DNA from: an uncultured archaeon
GTDB taxonomy: Archaea > Iainarchaeota > Iainarchaeia > Iainarchaeales > JAAZKV01
Assembly: GCA_964551375.1 (NCBI GenBank)
Contig: CAZKBG010000001.1
Location: 490,833 to 554,832, forward strand
Direction of reading: 5' to 3'
DNA: 64,000 nucleotides
The notes under the pieces are model-generated. The model saw only the letters and a program-made list of their open reading frames with translations, had not been told where the DNA came from and did no database searches. Shown here piece by piece: positions 46,027-54,722 of the stretch. A program made the position numbers and the translations under genes. The stretch's first letter is position 1, and each line of letters opens with the position of its first letter.

Positions 46027-46968
46027 TTGAGAAAAATGGCAAAACCAACCAGAACAAGAACAATTAAGAAAAAGCCAGCGCATGCGCCACACAAAACACC
46101 TGCTTTAAAGCACGCCCAAAAACCTGTTTCAAAAACCGAAGCAAACGGCGGCACTTGGATAAATAATGAAATCTTCCTAAAACTTGCAACCGTATTTTTG
46201 GCGACAGAAGTACTTGGATTATTTGTTGCAAAAGCATTATTTGCTCAGGGACTCCAGCAGGCACCGTTTGCTGAAGATATTAATGATATTTTAAATGCAT
46301 TCTACTTATTCGGCGTAATAATTTTCATGACAATAGTAATACTTCTTGCGCTCAAAATGAAGCACACAAAGAAAATGCTTTGGGTTGTTGAAGCGCTTGC
46401 CATATTTGCAACATCAACAATAGTGATGAGCGCCTTTTTCCCGACAAACGACTTAGTAGTTCTTGGAACAGTAGCGCTTTTGCTAATACTAAGATACACA
46501 AACCGCAAAAATTTAATGATAAGAAATTTAGCAAGCGTAATCGCAGTAGCAGGCGCAGGCGCCTTTTTAGGAATCTCGCTTGGATTATTCCCAGTAGTTG
46601 CATTTGCAATAATACTTGCAATATACGACATAATCGCAGTGTTTTACACAAAACACATGGTGACAATCGGAAAACAGTCGCTTGAAAACAATTTTGCATT
46701 CACAATTGCAATGCCGACAAAAGAACACAAATTTGAACTTGGAAACGGGGACTTAGTAATTCCATTAATGATAGCATCAAGCGTGCTTGTAAACGGGCCA
46801 TTTTTAAATAATGGAATAATGGCAGGAATCTCCCTCTCAGCAAGCTACATAGGACTTGTACTAAGCATTTATTCAGTATCCAAATGGAAAAAACCAATGC
46901 CGGCGCTCCCCCCACAAACCGCTCTCATAGTAATCGCAATCCTAATCGGGCTTGCTCTTGGGCTTTAA
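46027..46968 (+). CDS. Presenilin/signal-peptide-peptidase family (A22) intramembrane aspartyl protease homolog
   Basis: The family's catalytic motifs appear in order: LAIYDIIAVF (YD), ELGNGDLVIP (GxGD) and MPALPP (PAL). About 9 hydrophobic helices. Confidence 0.75.
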   Translation: MRKMAKPTRTRTIKKKPAHAPHKTPALKHAQKPVSKTEANGGTWINNEIFLKLATVFLATEVLGLFVAKALFAQGLQQAPFAEDINDILNAFYLFGVIIFMTIVILLALKMKHTKKMLWVVEALAIFATSTIVMSAFFPTNDLVVLGTVALLLILRYTNRKNLMIRNLASVIAVAGAGAFLGISLGLFPVVAFAIILAIYDIIAVFYTKHMVTIGKQSLENNFAFTIAMPTKEHKFELGNGDLVIPLMIASSVLVNGPFLNNGIMAGISLSASYIGLVLSIYSVSKWKKPMPALPPQTALIVIAILIGLALGL

Positions 46969-47051
46969 ATAAATAAAACCGCCTGCAAAAGAGCCTAAAT
47001 TTGATTTATATACGTTTTGCTGGGCAATTAAATAGTAGAAGTGAGCCAACA

Positions 47052-47459
47052 ATGCAGAAATATGAAGATTTACTTGTAAAAGCATACCACTCAATACCGC
47101 AAAAGGCGCTAAGCCACGAAAGATTTGAAATACCAAGAGTAGAATCATTCATTCAGGGCGGAAAAACTATTGTAAGAGGATTTAATATTTTAATTAAAGA
47201 CATGCGAAGGGACAAAAAGCATTTCATAAAATGGCTGAACAAAGAAACCGCAGCCCCGATCAGCGAAGGAAACAACCAGCTCTTAATTAATGGAAAAGTA
47301 GGAGCAATACAACTCAACAAATTAATTGAAGCATATTTCAACCAATATGTTTTGTGCTCAGAATGCAAAAAACCGGACACAAAAGTTGTTTCACAGGACG
47401 GAATAAGAATGCTCAAATGCGAAGCGTGCGGAGCAATAAAACCAGTATCAGGACTATAA
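47052..47459 (+). CDS. Translation initiation factor 2 beta subunit (aIF2-beta)
   Basis: MQKYEDLLVKAYHSIP ... RFEIP ... C-terminal zinc ribbon CSECKKPDTKVV...LKCEACGA. Start moved to the internal Met. Confidence 0.85.
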   Translation: MQKYEDLLVKAYHSIPQKALSHERFEIPRVESFIQGGKTIVRGFNILIKDMRRDKKHFIKWLNKETAAPISEGNNQLLINGKVGAIQLNKLIEAYFNQYVLCSECKKPDTKVVSQDGIRMLKCEACGAIKPVSGL

Positions 47460-47543
47460 GACAAAACTTAACAAAACTTATTTTTAGAAATTAAATTAAA
47501 GCAAAAAATTTTGATAAATACGGCTAAATGTTAAAGAAAGCAA

Positions 47544-47843
47544 GTGATATTGATGATAGCAAAAAAACACGAGATTGAATACAAAACAATTGTCGGAGTA
47601 TGCGACAAAGAACACCTTGGAAAAACTTTCACCGAAGGCGAAATAGAATTCACTGCAAGCAAAAAATTCTACGAAGGAGAAGAAATAACAGAAGAAGAGT
47701 TAAACAAAATATTAGACGAAGCGGATTCGGTAAACCTGTTCGGAAACAAATGCGTCGGAATTGCGGAGAAAAAAGGGCTTGTTAGCGAAAAAGGAACGCT
47801 GAAAATAAAAGGAATCAAGCACGCGCAAGTATACAAAATGTAA
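47544..47843 (+). CDS. Hypothetical conserved small protein
   Basis: 99-aa ORF between aIF2-beta and aIF1A. No motif recognised. Confidence 0.4.
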   Translation: MILMIAKKHEIEYKTIVGVCDKEHLGKTFTEGEIEFTASKKFYEGEEITEEELNKILDEADSVNLFGNKCVGIAEKKGLVSEKGTLKIKGIKHAQVYKM

Positions 47844-47882
47844 AACAGGGCAATTTTTGATAAACGATGATTTTTATAGGTT

Positions 47883-48302
47883 TTGAAGAATAAGAATAAG
47901 TTAATTGGAGATGAAATATTGGCAAATTTTAACAGTCAGAAGAGAAAAAACCAGATGAACAAGCGAAAGAGCTTTGGCTCGGCTCCGCAGCCAACCACTG
48001 AAGTTCAAGAAATGGGCTACACAAGAATGAGACTGCCAAACCCAAGCGAGCTTGAAGAATTTGCTATTGTAACACAATTAATGGGCTCAAACCAGGTAAA
48101 AGCAATGTGCGAAGACGGCACAGAAAGCCAGTTTAGAATACCAGGAAAACTTATGAAAAAAGTATGGCTAAGAGAAAATGATATTATAATTATCCAAAGA
48201 TGGGAATTTCAGCCAAGCAAAGGAAATGTTGTTTGGAGATACCTTGGAAACCAAGTGGAATGGCTGAAAAGAAACGGAAAACTTGCAAAACTAGGGCTTT
48301 AA
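47883..48302 (+). CDS. Translation initiation factor 1A (aIF1A)
   Basis: S1-like OB core (FAIVTQLMGSNQVKAMCEDGTESQFRIPGKLMKKVWLRENDIIIIQRWEF ... VVWRY) is canonical eIF1A. Confidence 0.85.
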   Translation: MKNKNKLIGDEILANFNSQKRKNQMNKRKSFGSAPQPTTEVQEMGYTRMRLPNPSELEEFAIVTQLMGSNQVKAMCEDGTESQFRIPGKLMKKVWLRENDIIIIQRWEFQPSKGNVVWRYLGNQVEWLKRNGKLAKLGL

Positions 48303-48358
48303 TTCTAATAAACCAGCACCAAGCTAAGATATAAAAAGTAAAAATCGCTTACTAAATA

Positions 48359-49672
48359 ATGCAAAACAAAGGACAGGGAGCAATAGAATATCTGCTTATA
48401 ATCGGCTCGGCAATACTTGTCGTGGCAATTGTAATAATTGCAATAACAGGAGCGCTTGGCACAGGGCAAACTCAAGTAAAAGACTCAAACCCGGGAAAAA
48501 CAAACAACCCATTAGTTAAGTTAAAAGACGACATGCAGGGGCTGGAAAGAATTGAATTTACTTTTCCTCCAGGAACTACTGAAGTAACTCTACCTCTTGC
48601 AGGAATTGAATACCCAACGCTTAGCGATATTTTTTCCAATGCCCCGGGAGGAACGCAAGTGCTTCTTGTAAGAACCGGAATTAATTATATAAAGAATCCA
48701 GACGACACATGGTTTCCAGACGCAAGCCAAGTACAAGTCACAAACGCTGAAAACTTTAGAGTGACAACCCCGCAGGAATTTTTAATTTCAGTGGCAGGAA
48801 TAGGATACACTACAGACTGCCAAAGCAACATTAACTTTTTAGGAACAATAAATTCAAGACCGACCTGTTGTGATTATTACCCTTTAATTGCAGGATGCCT
48901 TGACCAAAATCTTACAAGCTTTTGGAAGCTTGATGAAACAAGCGGTAAAATATTTTCAGATTTTAAAAGCACAGCAGACGGACAATGCTTTGACATAAAC
49001 TGCCCGTCCCCCACAACCGGACTTTTTGGAACAGGAGGACAATTATTTACTCCAAACAGACAAAATAACCAATACATCCAAATACTAAACCCGACAAGAT
49101 GGAATGACTCAAAAGTAACATATGTAATATGGTTCTACCCAATTGATCAAAACACAAACACAATAGTAAGCTTTCTTTACGATTTAGGCGGAGGAGCAAA
49201 TAGCCCTGATAACTACATGCACGGACGCGGAGGAATATACATTGTGCCCGCAGGAAACGTTGAAGGATATGTAATGAATTACTCGCCGGGAAATGCAAAC
49301 CCCGCCCTAAGCTGCTATGAAAACGGATTTGGAGTAAAGACAACAAATAGAATTAATCTCAACCAATGGAATATGCTTGCCTTCCAAGCGGATTACACAG
49401 GAGTAACAAAAGGGAAATTATACCTAAACGGAGTATTGAGCATTTCAGGAACCAGCCAAAAACAACTGCAGTGCAATAATGAAACAAACATAATGTGGAT
49501 TGGCAGAAGAAAAACAGGCGGAGACGGAAAACTATACCTTGACGGAGAGCATCGATTAGTAAATGATTTCAATGGAATAATAGATGAGGTAGCAGTATGG
49601 AAACGCCACTTAACAGATGCGGAAATAATTGCTCTTTGGAATAACGGCAGCGGAAGAAGGGTTCCTGGCTAA
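48359..49672 (+). CDS. Class III signal peptide (archaeal type IV pilin-like, DUF361-type) protein with C-terminal LamG/concanavalin-like domain
   Basis: N-terminus MQNKG|QGAIEYLLIIGSAILVVAIVIIAI has a prepilin peptidase site KG|Q with Glu at +5 and a hydrophobic helix. C-terminal ~200 aa end in the LamG_3-type motif (GKLYLDGEHRLVNDFNGIIDEVAVWKRHLTDAEIIALWN). Confidence 0.7.
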   Translation: MQNKGQGAIEYLLIIGSAILVVAIVIIAITGALGTGQTQVKDSNPGKTNNPLVKLKDDMQGLERIEFTFPPGTTEVTLPLAGIEYPTLSDIFSNAPGGTQVLLVRTGINYIKNPDDTWFPDASQVQVTNAENFRVTTPQEFLISVAGIGYTTDCQSNINFLGTINSRPTCCDYYPLIAGCLDQNLTSFWKLDETSGKIFSDFKSTADGQCFDINCPSPTTGLFGTGGQLFTPNRQNNQYIQILNPTRWNDSKVTYVIWFYPIDQNTNTIVSFLYDLGGGANSPDNYMHGRGGIYIVPAGNVEGYVMNYSPGNANPALSCYENGFGVKTTNRINLNQWNMLAFQADYTGVTKGKLYLNGVLSISGTSQKQLQCNNETNIMWIGRRKTGGDGKLYLDGEHRLVNDFNGIIDEVAVWKRHLTDAEIIALWNNGSGRRVPG

Positions 49673-49725
49673 AAACCAAAAACATTACTCTAAAAATCCA
49701 AAAGCAACCCTAAAAAAGCCTCTGA

Positions 49726-50544
49726 ATGACAATATATCTAATGGATGTAAGCACACTAACGGATAAAGACACATTAATCGACAGAATGAAAAGAGAAAAG
49801 CGATTAATCAAAGACGAGCACACAAGAAGCGTGTTCAATAAAGTTTTTGACAATGCAACAATTGCAGCTGTGCATGAACTTGCAAGAAAAAAATACTTTG
49901 AAGAGCTTGAATTTGTAATATCCACAGGAAAAGAAGGAAACGTATTTAGATGCGTATCGGGAGACAACTACTACGCGCTGAAAATATACAAAGTTGATAC
50001 TTCTGACTTTAAGCACATGACCGAATACATCATCGGAGACGAGAGATTTAAAGATGTGAGAAAAGACAAGCTTGAAATTGTAAAACTTTGGACAAAAAAA
50101 GAATTTAGAAACCTTGAAGACTTTACAAAAGCAAAAATAAGAGTGCCTCTTCCAATAGGAACAAGCAGAAACTGCCTGTTAATGGAATTAATCGGAAAAA
50201 ACGGGGAAGCCGCTCCAAGAGCAAAAGAAAAACCATTTATTGACATGCAGGCGGCTTATGAAAAAATGTGCGAATACATGGCAAAAATGATAAATGCCAA
50301 GTTAGTGCACTCGGATTTAAGCGAATACAATATTTTGAACAACGATGAAGAACTTGTAATAATTGATGTAGGACAGGCAGTAACAACCATGCACCCGATG
50401 GCAAAAACATTCTTTGAAAGAGATGTACAAAATATTTCAAAATGGTTCGCAAAAAACGGAGTGGCAACTGACTATGACATAATGTACCTTGCAATAAAAG
50501 AAAAAAGCGCGAAATTAAAAGACAAAAAATCAGCTAAAAAGTAA
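49726..50544 (+). CDS. RIO-type serine/threonine kinase (Rio1-like)
   Basis: STGKEGNVFRC (P-loop), ALKIYKV, catalytic loop VHSDLSEYNIL and IIDVGQAV (DFG-equivalent). Confidence 0.85.
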   Translation: MTIYLMDVSTLTDKDTLIDRMKREKRLIKDEHTRSVFNKVFDNATIAAVHELARKKYFEELEFVISTGKEGNVFRCVSGDNYYALKIYKVDTSDFKHMTEYIIGDERFKDVRKDKLEIVKLWTKKEFRNLEDFTKAKIRVPLPIGTSRNCLLMELIGKNGEAAPRAKEKPFIDMQAAYEKMCEYMAKMINAKLVHSDLSEYNILNNDEELVIIDVGQAVTTMHPMAKTFFERDVQNISKWFAKNGVATDYDIMYLAIKEKSAKLKDKKSAKK

Positions 50545-50652
50545 AATTTAAGGCCAAAGCATTAATTTAAAACCTTTCAAAATCATAAATTTATTATTAG
50601 AGAGACAAAGTTAAATTAGAAAAAGAACGGGCAAAATTAAATTTAATAAAAT

Positions 50653-51180
50653 GTGATAAAAATGGAAGAACTAATTAGAATCCCTGAAGACAGAGTGGGC
50701 GTGCTCATAGGCCCTAAGGGAAGCGTTAAGCGAAAGATTGAATCAAAAACAAAAGTTACGCTTGACATTGACTCCGCAGAAGGAGAAGTAACTGTTGACG
50801 GAGAAGGCGAAGGATATTTTAAAGCTCATGACATTGTAAAAGCAATCGGGCGAGGATTTTCTCCTGAGAAAGCATTCACTCTGTTGAAGGATGATTACTT
50901 ACTGAAAATAATTGACATTACAGATTACACAGGAAAAAATACTTCAAACCAGAAAGCAAAAAGAGGAAGGGTTATTGGAAGGCACGGACTTGCAAGGCTT
51001 GAAATAGAAAAAAGAACACACTGCTTAATTTCAGTGCATGGAAAAACTGTTGCAATAATAGGACTTGCGGGAGAAATTGACACCGCGGTTGATGCTGTGC
51101 AAATGCTTCTTGAAGGCGCAAAGCACGAAACAGTAGAACACATCTTATTTGGCGTTAAAAAAGAAAGATTTGAACTTTAA
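50653..51180 (+). CDS. KH-domain RNA-binding protein (archaeal Dim2/Pno1-like)
   Basis: Two KH-like units with GxxG loops (LIGPKGSVKRKIE; VIGRHGLARLEIE). Canonical neighbour of the RIO kinase. Confidence 0.7.
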   Translation: MIKMEELIRIPEDRVGVLIGPKGSVKRKIESKTKVTLDIDSAEGEVTVDGEGEGYFKAHDIVKAIGRGFSPEKAFTLLKDDYLLKIIDITDYTGKNTSNQKAKRGRVIGRHGLARLEIEKRTHCLISVHGKTVAIIGLAGEIDTAVDAVQMLLEGAKHETVEHILFGVKKERFEL

Positions 51181-51347
51181 AAAAAAACGCGCGTTTTTGT
51201 CTAAAATGCCCTAATATGCCCCCCAATATCAAAAAGAACACCTCCATTTAGACTTTTTTTAGCGAAAAAACGGGCATTAGAATATAAACCTTTTGGGCTT
51301 TCCTATTTTGGAAGACAAAAACTTTGAAAAAAACTTGGTGAATATAC

Positions 51348-53063
51348 TTGCCTGAAAAGAAACCAAAAGAAGTTGACGCAACAGTAGCAATGGATGCGGC
51401 AACAAAACACCTTGACAATGAGTTTAAGGAACACTCCGTAGCCGAATTCTTTAAGAAAAACAAGCAAATGCTTGGATTATACGGAAAAGTAAGAACATTG
51501 ACAATGGTAATCCACGAATATGTTTCTAATTCTCTTGATGCATGCGAAGAAACAGGAATACTTCCAAACATTGATGTAAAAATTGACGAACTTGGAGAAG
51601 AATATTACGAAGTAACAGTTACCGACAACGGACCCGGAATAAGCCAGGCGAATGTTGGAAAAGCATTTGGAAAATTACTCGCAGGAACAAAATTTCACAG
51701 AATGATGCAGTCAAGAGGGCAGCAGGGAATCGGAGCATCAGGATGCACAATGCTATCACAAATGACTACTGGAAAAGCATCAAAAGTAATTACAGGGAGA
51801 CAGGACGGCAAAGCAATTTCACTTGAACTTACAATTGACCCAAAAATGAACGAGCCAAAAATCAGCAACGTAAAAGAACTTGACAAAGAATTTAGAGGAA
51901 CTGCAATACAAGCAAAATTTAAGGGAACACTTTACAGAGACTCCGACCAGGGGCCGCTTGAATACTTAAGAAGAACCGCAATTGCAAACCCGCACGCGCA
52001 GCTTTCATTTAGAGACCCTGCAGGACAGAAATTCGTATTTAAGCGAACTCATAATCAAATACCTGAAAGACCAGCTGAAATCAAGCCGCACCCAAAAGGA
52101 ACAACAGTTGACGACATACTTTCATACTGCAAAACATCAAAAGGCAGAACTGTAGGAACATTCCTTTCAAATGATTTTGACAGAATGGGAGCAAAAGCTC
52201 TTGAAGAAGTAAAAAAGAAAGTTCACTTTGACTTAAACAAGGACCCAAAAACTCTTACTTGGGAAGAAGCGGAAGAAATTATTAAAGCATTCAAATCAAT
52301 CGACTTCATCGCTCCAACTACTGACGCGCTTAGACCAATAACTGAAGACCAAATCAGAAAATCGCTTCAAAGCATAGTTCAGCCAGAATTTTTAACAGTA
52401 CTAACAAGAAAACCAGCAGTATACGCTGGAGGATACCCGTTCCAAGTTGAAATTGCAATCGCATACGGCGGAAACGCGGGAAGAAAAGTCGGCGAACAGA
52501 CACAAATGGAAATAATGAGATTTGCAAACAGAGTTCCACTTTTATTTGACACGGGAAACTGCGCGCTAACAAAAGCAGTGCAGACAATTGACTGGAAGAG
52601 ATATGACATAAAGGACCCTGAAACTGCGCCGGTAACAGTATTCATTAATTTTATTTCAGTTCACATCCCTTACACAGGAGCGGGAAAACAGGCAATCGCA
52701 GATGAAGAAGATGTGCTTGAAGAAATAAGACTTGCTTTAATGCAGACAGGAAGAAAAGCAGGAATTTATATCGCACACAAAAGAAGAGAAGCTGAAAACC
52801 AGCAAAAAAGACAGATGTTTTACAAATACATTCCTGAAATTACTAGAGCATTAAGCACAATAACAAAAGCAAGCGAACCGGACCTTCGAAAAAACATGGA
52901 AAAAATGGTTCTGACAAAATTAAAACTTGAAGAGGCAAAAGAAGCTCAAGAAAAAGCAAGAGTGGACAAAGTGCTTAAAGACGATGATAATAGTTTTATA
53001 ACAAAGCCAAAAGCGGAGAAAGCTAAGGCTGAAGAAAAAGCAAAGGGAGATAAGAAGAAGTAA
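51348..53063 (+). CDS. top6B: DNA topoisomerase VI subunit B
   Basis: GHKL ATPase motifs (EYVSNSLDACEE; TVTDNGPGIS; GQQGIGASG), transducer domain and a Lys-rich C-terminal tail. Confidence 0.9.
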   Translation: MPEKKPKEVDATVAMDAATKHLDNEFKEHSVAEFFKKNKQMLGLYGKVRTLTMVIHEYVSNSLDACEETGILPNIDVKIDELGEEYYEVTVTDNGPGISQANVGKAFGKLLAGTKFHRMMQSRGQQGIGASGCTMLSQMTTGKASKVITGRQDGKAISLELTIDPKMNEPKISNVKELDKEFRGTAIQAKFKGTLYRDSDQGPLEYLRRTAIANPHAQLSFRDPAGQKFVFKRTHNQIPERPAEIKPHPKGTTVDDILSYCKTSKGRTVGTFLSNDFDRMGAKALEEVKKKVHFDLNKDPKTLTWEEAEEIIKAFKSIDFIAPTTDALRPITEDQIRKSLQSIVQPEFLTVLTRKPAVYAGGYPFQVEIAIAYGGNAGRKVGEQTQMEIMRFANRVPLLFDTGNCALTKAVQTIDWKRYDIKDPETAPVTVFINFISVHIPYTGAGKQAIADEEDVLEEIRLALMQTGRKAGIYIAHKRREAENQQKRQMFYKYIPEITRALSTITKASEPDLRKNMEKMVLTKLKLEEAKEAQEKARVDKVLKDDDNSFITKPKAEKAKAEEKAKGDKKK

Positions 53064-53077
53064 CAAGGTGTATTTAC

Positions 53078-54232
53078 TTGGCGAAAAAGGTGAAGAATAT
53101 GGCGGGCGAAAAAAGAAAAGCAAAGACAGTTGAAAAGGTAAGCCCTAAGGAAATTGCCGACAGAATAAGCGGAACAGCAAAAAGCATGGTCACACAAATC
53201 AACAAACTTGAAGACCCGCAGTTTACTACAATGCAGAGAGGAAAAAGCAATGTTGTTTGGGACGAGAAAAAAGGATACTTGGGACTTGGCGAAAAAGAAG
53301 TTACACGAACATTCCTTAACATTGCGCACGCAAGAAAATTCATGCAAACAAGCATGATAATGGCAAAAACACAGGAATACTTGCTGCACAACAAGACAGC
53401 GTCTATTCGTGAGATTTATTACGAATTAAAACACACAGTGGTTGATACTAAAGAAAACACTTTTGAAGGGCAGGACGAGAGCGACCCAATCATAGTTGAT
53501 CTTGAACACAGCGTTGACACTATCAGAGAAAAACTAAACCTGCACGCTAATCCCAAGGGAACACTTTACGGGGATGTAACTCTGCTTGATAGAATGCACC
53601 ACAATGATAAATTCAACGCGTCAAAACTGGGAAGAGGCGGATGGAGCATAATGTCAAGAGTTGAGCCTGAAGAAATTGAAATCGTTGACTCAAACGCAGA
53701 ATACCTGCTTGTAGCTGAAACCGAAGCAATTTTTGAAAGACTTATTGAAGAAGGATTTCCAAAAGCAAACAAATGCCTATTAATCGGAACAGGGGGACAG
53801 GCAGCAAGAGGAGCAAGAAGATTAATCCACAGAATACACCACGAGCTTGACTTGCCGACAATTGTATTCACAGACGGGGACCCTTACGGATGGTACATTT
53901 ACTCAGTAATAAAGCAGGGCTCAATGGCTCTTGCAGCGCACTCTGAATTCATGTCGGTTCCTGACGCAAAATATGTTGGAATGACTATTGATGATGTGAA
54001 AGAATACAAACTTGAAGCAGTAACAGAACACATGACTGACGGAGATATTAAAAGAGCAAAAGAAATGCTTGCTTACCCATGGTTCCAGAACAAAGAATGG
54101 CAGGCACAGCTGAAAAAAGCAATTGAAGAAAAAGTTAGAATCGAGCAGCAGGCTCTTGCAAACAAAAGACTTGACTTTGTTGCGACACAATACCTGCCTG
54201 AAAAGATTAAGAACAAAATATTTTTGCCTTAA
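53078..54232 (+). CDS. top6A: DNA topoisomerase VI subunit A (Spo11 homolog)
   Basis: 384 aa immediately downstream of top6B. Toprim-region motifs (LLVAETEAIFERL ... FTDGDPYGWYIY). Confidence 0.9.
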   Translation: MAKKVKNMAGEKRKAKTVEKVSPKEIADRISGTAKSMVTQINKLEDPQFTTMQRGKSNVVWDEKKGYLGLGEKEVTRTFLNIAHARKFMQTSMIMAKTQEYLLHNKTASIREIYYELKHTVVDTKENTFEGQDESDPIIVDLEHSVDTIREKLNLHANPKGTLYGDVTLLDRMHHNDKFNASKLGRGGWSIMSRVEPEEIEIVDSNAEYLLVAETEAIFERLIEEGFPKANKCLLIGTGGQAARGARRLIHRIHHELDLPTIVFTDGDPYGWYIYSVIKQGSMALAAHSEFMSVPDAKYVGMTIDDVKEYKLEAVTEHMTDGDIKRAKEMLAYPWFQNKEWQAQLKKAIEEKVRIEQQALANKRLDFVATQYLPEKIKNKIFLP

Positions 54233-54254
54233 TTAAAGAAAAAATTATTCGGGT

Positions 54255-54722
54255 TTATTTGCCGTTTATTACCTGAGTGAGCGACGCGCCCCCTCTTTTT
54301 CTAACACCCTGATCGCTTTGAGTTCTTCTAATAACAGGAACCCCTGCTTCTTCAAGTCTTTTAAGAAGCTCAACAGCTGCTTTTTTTGTCCCGCCATAAC
54401 GCTTCATCAAGTCATTAGCAGAAACTCCCCGCTTATGAGCAGCCTCGTCCCTAACAAACTGCGCCATTTTCCTTGCTCTTTCAATAAGCCTTGCATTAAT
54501 TTTAGGCTGTTTCACAGCGCGTGTTTGCACAAAATTCCCACGAGGCCTATACCCAGTCTCGCGCGCATGCTTAATCACAGTAGCCCTTGAAACACCGGAA
54601 TGCTCCGCAATTTGAGCATACGATACTAACGCAGGATTGCCCAAAGCAGCGCGAAGTTTCTCCTTTTGAGCAGGAGTCAACACAACAAAACCTTTTTTTC
54701 TTTTTGGACCCATAAATAACAC
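54255..54722 (-). CDS. Arg-rich helix-turn-helix protein with atypical (higher GC) composition
   Basis: 155 aa with two HTH-like segments (VSYAQIAEHSGVSRATVIKHARETGY; VSANDLMKRYGGTKKAAVELLKRLEEAGV). Codon usage is visibly more GC-rich than its neighbours. Its start overlaps the stop of the upstream Mre11-like gene by 1 nt. Confidence 0.5.
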   Translation of the reverse strand: MLFMGPKRKKGFVVLTPAQKEKLRAALGNPALVSYAQIAEHSGVSRATVIKHARETGYRPRGNFVQTRAVKQPKINARLIERARKMAQFVRDEAAHKRGVSANDLMKRYGGTKKAAVELLKRLEEAGVPVIRRTQSDQGVRKRGGASLTQVINGK

